From assembly GCA_905181725.1 (NCBI GenBank), contig CAJIYX010000020.1, positions 4,513 to 68,512 of the forward strand: a stretch of DNA of 64,000 bases. Direction: 5' to 3'. Position 1 is the first letter of the stretch; each line of letters opens with the position of its first letter. The DNA is from Alphaproteobacteria bacterium UBA830 (GTDB taxonomy: Bacteria > Pseudomonadota > Alphaproteobacteria > MPNO01 > UBA830). Position numbers and translations under genes: made by a program. This document shows positions 60,362 to 64,000 of this stretch, piece by piece. Below the pieces are notes generated by a model. That model ran no database searches. It was not told the DNA's origin and saw nothing but the letters and a program-made list of their open reading frames with translations.

Positions 60362-61537
60362 TCAGAGGCTTATTGCGGTAATTATCATGTTCAAACGCTG
60401 AATACCCGCACCTGTAGCGCGCAACCCGCGCATATCTGTCTCTAACAGCCCGGCATCGCTCAGAGCCGTAACCTTCGCGCCGTCGATGCAGTCCTCGAGG
60501 GGGCGGCCGACGATCTGTGCAAACTGCGCCCGGTCAATCCCCTCGGCCAGCCGCAATCCCATCATCAGATATTCTTCGGCCTGTTCCATGGGTGCGACGC
60601 GCTCGTACACCCGGGTCGCATGGCCATCCTGTGCGACCGCCTGGAGCCAGGCTGCCGGTGCCGGGACCTGTTCCGTCCGCAACCGAGCTGCGTCGAGGGT
60701 CAACCGCCCGTGCGCACCGGGTCCGACCCCAATATAGTCGCCACCACGCCAGTATACGAGGTTGTGACGGCTTTCCTGCCCCGAACGGGCATAGTTTGAG
60801 ACTTCATAGGCGCCAAACCCCGCTTTCAACATCATTTCACCGGTCAATTCATACAGATCGGCCGCCAGATCCTCCTCAGGCAGGGCAAAAAACCCCCGAC
60901 GATGGTCGGCATAGAACGGTGTGCCCTTCTCAATGGTCAACTGGTAGAGCGAAAGATGACCGGTACCACGCGCCAGGGCCTGTGCGAGTTCCGACGCCCA
61001 GGCATCGCGGCTCTGGCCAGGCAGGGCATAGATCAGGTCAAAAGAGACTCGATCAAAGGATCGTTCCGCAACCGTAATGGCCTTCGAAGCTTCTGCCGCG
61101 CTATGGACCCGGCCGAGAAACTTAAGCGCCGCATCGTCAAGGGACTGGATACCGACAGAAACGCGGTTCACACCCGCGGCCCGAAAATCGGCGAATTTCT
61201 GCGCTTCGATGGATGATGGGTTCGCTTCCAGGGTGACTTCGAGGTCGGTGGGCACCGACCAGTAATCCGACAATTTATCCAGCAGGGCCGCGACGATTGC
61301 CGGCGGCATCAACGACGGCGTACCGCCCCCGAAGAATACACTGTCGAGCCGCCGTCCTTTTGTTTTGATTCCGTAATGATCCAGCTCAGCCAACAGACTC
61401 CGCTGCCACGCTGCGTCATCTACGGTGTCAGCGACGTGGGAATTGAAATCGCAGTATGGGCATTTGGACACGCAGAACGGCCAATGGATATATAGGCCGA
61501 ATCCGCCGGGAAATGGATCTCCGGCGTTATTCATCAC
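60362..61537 (-). CDS. hemW: radical SAM heme chaperone HemW
   Basis: 391 aa. Radical-SAM motif CVSKCPYCDF and a HemN_C domain. Confidence 0.9.
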   Translation of the reverse strand: MMNNAGDPFPGGFGLYIHWPFCVSKCPYCDFNSHVADTVDDAAWQRSLLAELDHYGIKTKGRRLDSVFFGGGTPSLMPPAIVAALLDKLSDYWSVPTDLEVTLEANPSSIEAQKFADFRAAGVNRVSVGIQSLDDAALKFLGRVHSAAEASKAITVAERSFDRVSFDLIYALPGQSRDAWASELAQALARGTGHLSLYQLTIEKGTPFYADHRRGFFALPEEDLAADLYELTGEMMLKAGFGAYEVSNYARSGQESRHNLVYWRGGDYIGVGPGAHGRLTLDAARLRTEQVPAPAAWLQAVAQDGHATRVYERVAPMEQAEEYLMMGLRLAEGIDRAQFAQIVGRPLEDCIDGAKVTALSDAGLLETDMRGLRATGAGIQRLNMIITAISL

Positions 61538-62158
61538 TCAAGGCGCCGATGGAAAGCATGCCTCGATCAGCTTGGCAAAGGCGGCGGCCCGGTGGCTGCT
61601 CGCATGCTTGGCCACGGGATCTATCTCCCCGTAAGTACCGGCATCGCCGTCGGCGAGAAACATCGGATCATAGCCAAACCCGTTGTCACCGCGGGGTGGC
61701 CAAACCAGCGTGCCACCGATATCGCCCTCGAATATCTCGCTATGACCATCCGGCCAGGTCAGCGAGAGAGCGCAAACAAAGCGCGCTGTACGGTCAGGAT
61801 TGTCCCCCAGCTCGTCATTGACCCGTGCCATGGCCATATCAAAGTCCTTGTCGGGGCCGCCCCAGCGGGCGGAGTAGATTCCGGGCGCGCCGTCGAGACC
61901 GTTGGCCGCCATCCCGGAATCATCCGCCAAAGCCGGCAGTTCTGCGGCGAAAGCCGCGGCATCCGACTTTAGTTTGGCATTAGCAACGAAACTGTCGCCG
62001 GTTTCGTCGGGTTCTGGCAGATTTAGTTCCGCTGCCGAAACAACCTCTATCTGCCAAGGGCTCAGCAACTCGCCGATCTCCCGGACCTTACCGGGATTGT
62101 GGCTGGCGATAACCAGCCGCTTTTCAGTGAACTGACGCGCCATATCAGTCGGCATCAA
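61538..62158 (-). CDS. rdgB: RdgB/HAM1 non-canonical purine NTP pyrophosphatase
   Basis: 206 aa. [19 protein letters not shown], and GFGYDP motifs. Confidence 0.9.
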   Translation of the reverse strand: MMPTDMARQFTEKRLVIASHNPGKVREIGELLSPWQIEVVSAAELNLPEPDETGDSFVANAKLKSDAAAFAAELPALADDSGMAANGLDGAPGIYSARWGGPDKDFDMAMARVNDELGDNPDRTARFVCALSLTWPDGHSEIFEGDIGGTLVWPPRGDNGFGYDPMFLADGDAGTYGEIDPVAKHASSHRAAAFAKLIEACFPSAP

Positions 62159-62871
62159 TCGGCAAGGGCCATGGTCTGGAACGTCGTCAGCTCGCCGACG
62201 CCCTTCTTGGCCAATTCCATCAATTGCAGGAAAGCCTCTTCGGAAAACGGGTCGGCCTCTGCGGTGCCCTGAATTTCAACAATACCGCCCGTGCCGGTCA
62301 GCACGAAATTGGCATCCGCCTCGGCATTCGAATCCTCGGGATAATCGAGATCGAGCACCGGAGTTCCCTTGTAAATACCGCAGGAGATAGCAGCGATAGA
62401 ACTCTTAACGGGGTCCACCGACAGCGCGCCGGAACGTATCAGCCCGGCCGTCGCCAGTTTGAGGGCAACATAGGCCCCGGTAATCGACGCGGTGCGCGTA
62501 CCGCCATCGGCCTGGATGACATCGCAATCGAGCCGGACCTGGCGTTCGCCAAGGGCTTCGAGGTCGACCACGGCGCGCAGGGAACGCCCGATCATTCGCT
62601 GAATTTCCTGGGTTCTGCCCGACTGCTTGCCGCGGGCGGCCTCGCGATCGGTGCGCTCATGCGTCGAGCGCGGCAGCATGCCATATTCGGCGGTCACCCA
62701 GCCACGACCGGAATTACGCATCCATGGCGGTACGCGTTCCTCGACAGTCGCGTTACACAGCACATGCGTGTCGCCGAATTTCGCGAGGCACGAGCCTTCG
62801 GCGTAAGAGCTAAAACCGGTTTCCAGCGTGACGGATCGCATCTGGTCGGGGGAACGGCCGGACGGGCGCAT
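62155..62871 (-). CDS. rph: ribonuclease PH
   Basis: 238 aa. MRPSGR...[14 protein letters not shown]...[11 protein letters not shown]. Confidence 0.95.
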   Translation of the reverse strand: MRPSGRSPDQMRSVTLETGFSSYAEGSCLAKFGDTHVLCNATVEERVPPWMRNSGRGWVTAEYGMLPRSTHERTDREAARGKQSGRTQEIQRMIGRSLRAVVDLEALGERQVRLDCDVIQADGGTRTASITGAYVALKLATAGLIRSGALSVDPVKSSIAAISCGIYKGTPVLDLDYPEDSNAEADANFVLTGTGGIVEIQGTAEADPFSEEAFLQLMELAKKGVGELTTFQTMALAD

Positions 62872-62947
62872 GTTTTTCTCCTGTTTTGGAAAGTGCGCGC
62901 AAGCTATCCAAGCAGGGCCGCGCCGTAAAGCTATCTATGGAATCTAC

Positions 62948-62975
62948 CGGTAAATCGCCTGCCGTAAATCGCCTG
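62948..62975. repeat. 2 x 14-bp tandem direct repeat (CGGTAAATCGCCTG / CCGTAAATCGCCTG) abutting a TTGACA box
   Basis: Read directly. Ends 1 nt before the TTGACA at 62977. Confidence 0.6.
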
Positions 62976-62976
62976 A

Positions 62977-63004
62977 TTGACAAAAACCCGGCCAACACTA
63001 CATT
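62977..63004 (+). promoter_or_regulatory. candidate sigma70-type promoter of hrcA (TTGACA-N16-TACATT)
   Basis: Perfect -35 hexamer at 62977..62982, 4/6 -10 at 62999..63004, 24 nt upstream of the hrcA ATG. Inferred only. Confidence 0.4.
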
Positions 63005-63027
63005 CCTTTGGCGTTTCGGTGAATTGA

Positions 63028-64000
63028 ATGAACAATCCGAATTCCACCATAATCAGCGAACTGAACGACCGCTCACGCGAGGTTTTTCGCGAGATCGTCG
63101 AGGCCTATGTGGCCGAGGGCGGTCCCGTCGGCTCGCGTACGATTTCGCGTCGCCTGAAAATGCCACTATCGCCGGCAACCATCCGCAACGTGATGGCCGA
63201 CCTCGAAGATATGGGCCTACTCTATGCGCCGCACACATCTGCCGGGCGGCTACCGACCGATGCGGGGCTCCGGCTGTTTGTCGACGGTCTGCTCGAGATC
63301 GGCGATCTAAGCTCGGAAGATCGTGAAAATATCGAAGCGCGCTGTCTGAGCCATGGCACCAATCTGAATGAAGCCCTAGGCGAGGCCACGTCACTGCTGT
63401 CGGGGCTTGCACAATGCGCCGGTCTGGTGGTGGCGCCCAAAACCGCGCGGCCGCTCAAGCATATCGAATTCGTCAATCTGGGCGACGGGCAGGTACTGGC
63501 CGTTCTGGTGACCGATGACGGGTTTGTCGAAAACCGGATCATCGACATGCCGACCGGCACACCGCCATCGGCATTGGTGCAGGCAGGCAATTATCTGAAT
63601 GCGCGCTTCGCCGGCAAGACAATCGACGGCGCACGCCACGCCGTGGGACAGGAGATCGAGCTACGCCGGGCGGAGATAGACCAGATTACAGCGAACCTGA
63701 TCGATGCCGGGCTGGCAGCCTGGTCAGGGACCGGGGCCGCAGGCAATAGCGCGGGCTCGGGTGGCACGCTGATCGTCAAAGGTCAGTCCCGCCTGCTCGA
63801 TGAAGTGTCGGCCGTGCAGGACCTGGAGCGCGTGCGCGGGCTTTTCCAGGCGCTGGAAACCGAAGAACTGCTGGTAAAGCTGCTGGATGTGACCGATATA
63901 GCAGATGGCGTTCAGATTTTTATCGGTGCGGAGAATACACTGTTCGATCAAGCAGGCTGTTCGATGGTGGTCGCGCCGTTCAAGGGCGAAAGTCAGACCA
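63028..64000 (+). CDS. hrcA: heat-inducible transcriptional repressor HrcA (3' end beyond the window)
   Basis: Absent from the ORF track because no stop lies in the window. Hand translation from the ATG at 63028 gives MNNPNSTIISELNDRSREVFREIVEAYVAEGGPVGSRTISRRL...SPATIRNVMADLEDMGLLYAPHTSAGRLPTDAGLRLFVDGLLE..., which is HrcA throughout. Confidence 0.9.
   Translation, partial: MNNPNSTIISELNDRSREVFREIVEAYVAEGGPVGSRTISRRLKMPLSPATIRNVMADLEDMGLLYAPHTSAGRLPTDAGLRLFVDGLLEIGDLSSEDRENIEARCLSHGTNLNEALGEATSLLSGLAQCAGLVVAPKTARPLKHIEFVNLGDGQVLAVLVTDDGFVENRIIDMPTGTPPSALVQAGNYLNARFAGKTIDGARHAVGQEIELRRAEIDQITANLIDAGLAAWSGTGAAGNSAGSGGTLIVKGQSRLLDEVSAVQDLERVRGLFQALETEELLVKLLDVTDIADGVQIFIGAENTLFDQAGCSMVVAPFKGESQT

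Noticed and set aside
1-64000. Scan for tRNA, rRNA, tmRNA, CRISPR repeats, IS inverted repeats, integrases and toxin-antitoxin pairs.
   Set aside because: I recognised none by eye. All intergenic regions are at most about 500 bp. The only T-loop-like string (GTTCGATTC, minus strand near 3930) lacks complementary T-stem arms. Dedicated tools (tRNAscan-SE, Infernal/Rfam, ISfinder) should confirm this.

Overview
GC-rich alphaproteobacterial chromosomal segment. The synteny blocks glnD-murJ-trpS, hslVU next to hisB-hisH-hisA-hisF-hisE, hrcA divergent from rph-rdgB-hemW, and fxsA / Tim44-like-mltA fit Rhodospirillales- or Rhizobiales-type genomes; no exact taxon can be called. I count about 66 protein-coding loci and saw no rRNA, tRNA, CRISPR array, IS element, integrase or prophage gene by eye. 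About 56 loci are ordinary intact housekeeping or envelope genes: translation, DNA repair, N-regulation, histidine biosynthesis, peptidoglycan turnover, lactate utilisation lutABC, glutathione synthesis and heat shock. The strongest signal is gene decay. Ten loci, all accessory functions, carry in-frame stop codons, frameshifts or truncations, while every interleaved housekeeping gene is intact. Secondary observations: (1) a phoB reduced to its DNA-binding domain beside pit-DUF47; (2) a textbook sigma54 promoter in front of a decayed PEP-CTERM protein gene; (3) a small AT-rich island with an orphan TRAP solute-binding protein; (4) a decayed pair made of a His-motif membrane protein and an acyltransferase; (5) several short intergenic repeats and palindromes. 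I found no convincing novel multi-gene system such as a defence island, secretion system or biosynthetic cluster. All functional calls rest on motif and family recognition by eye, with no database search. Coordinates were anchored on the supplied ORF track, whose ORF ends include the stop codon.
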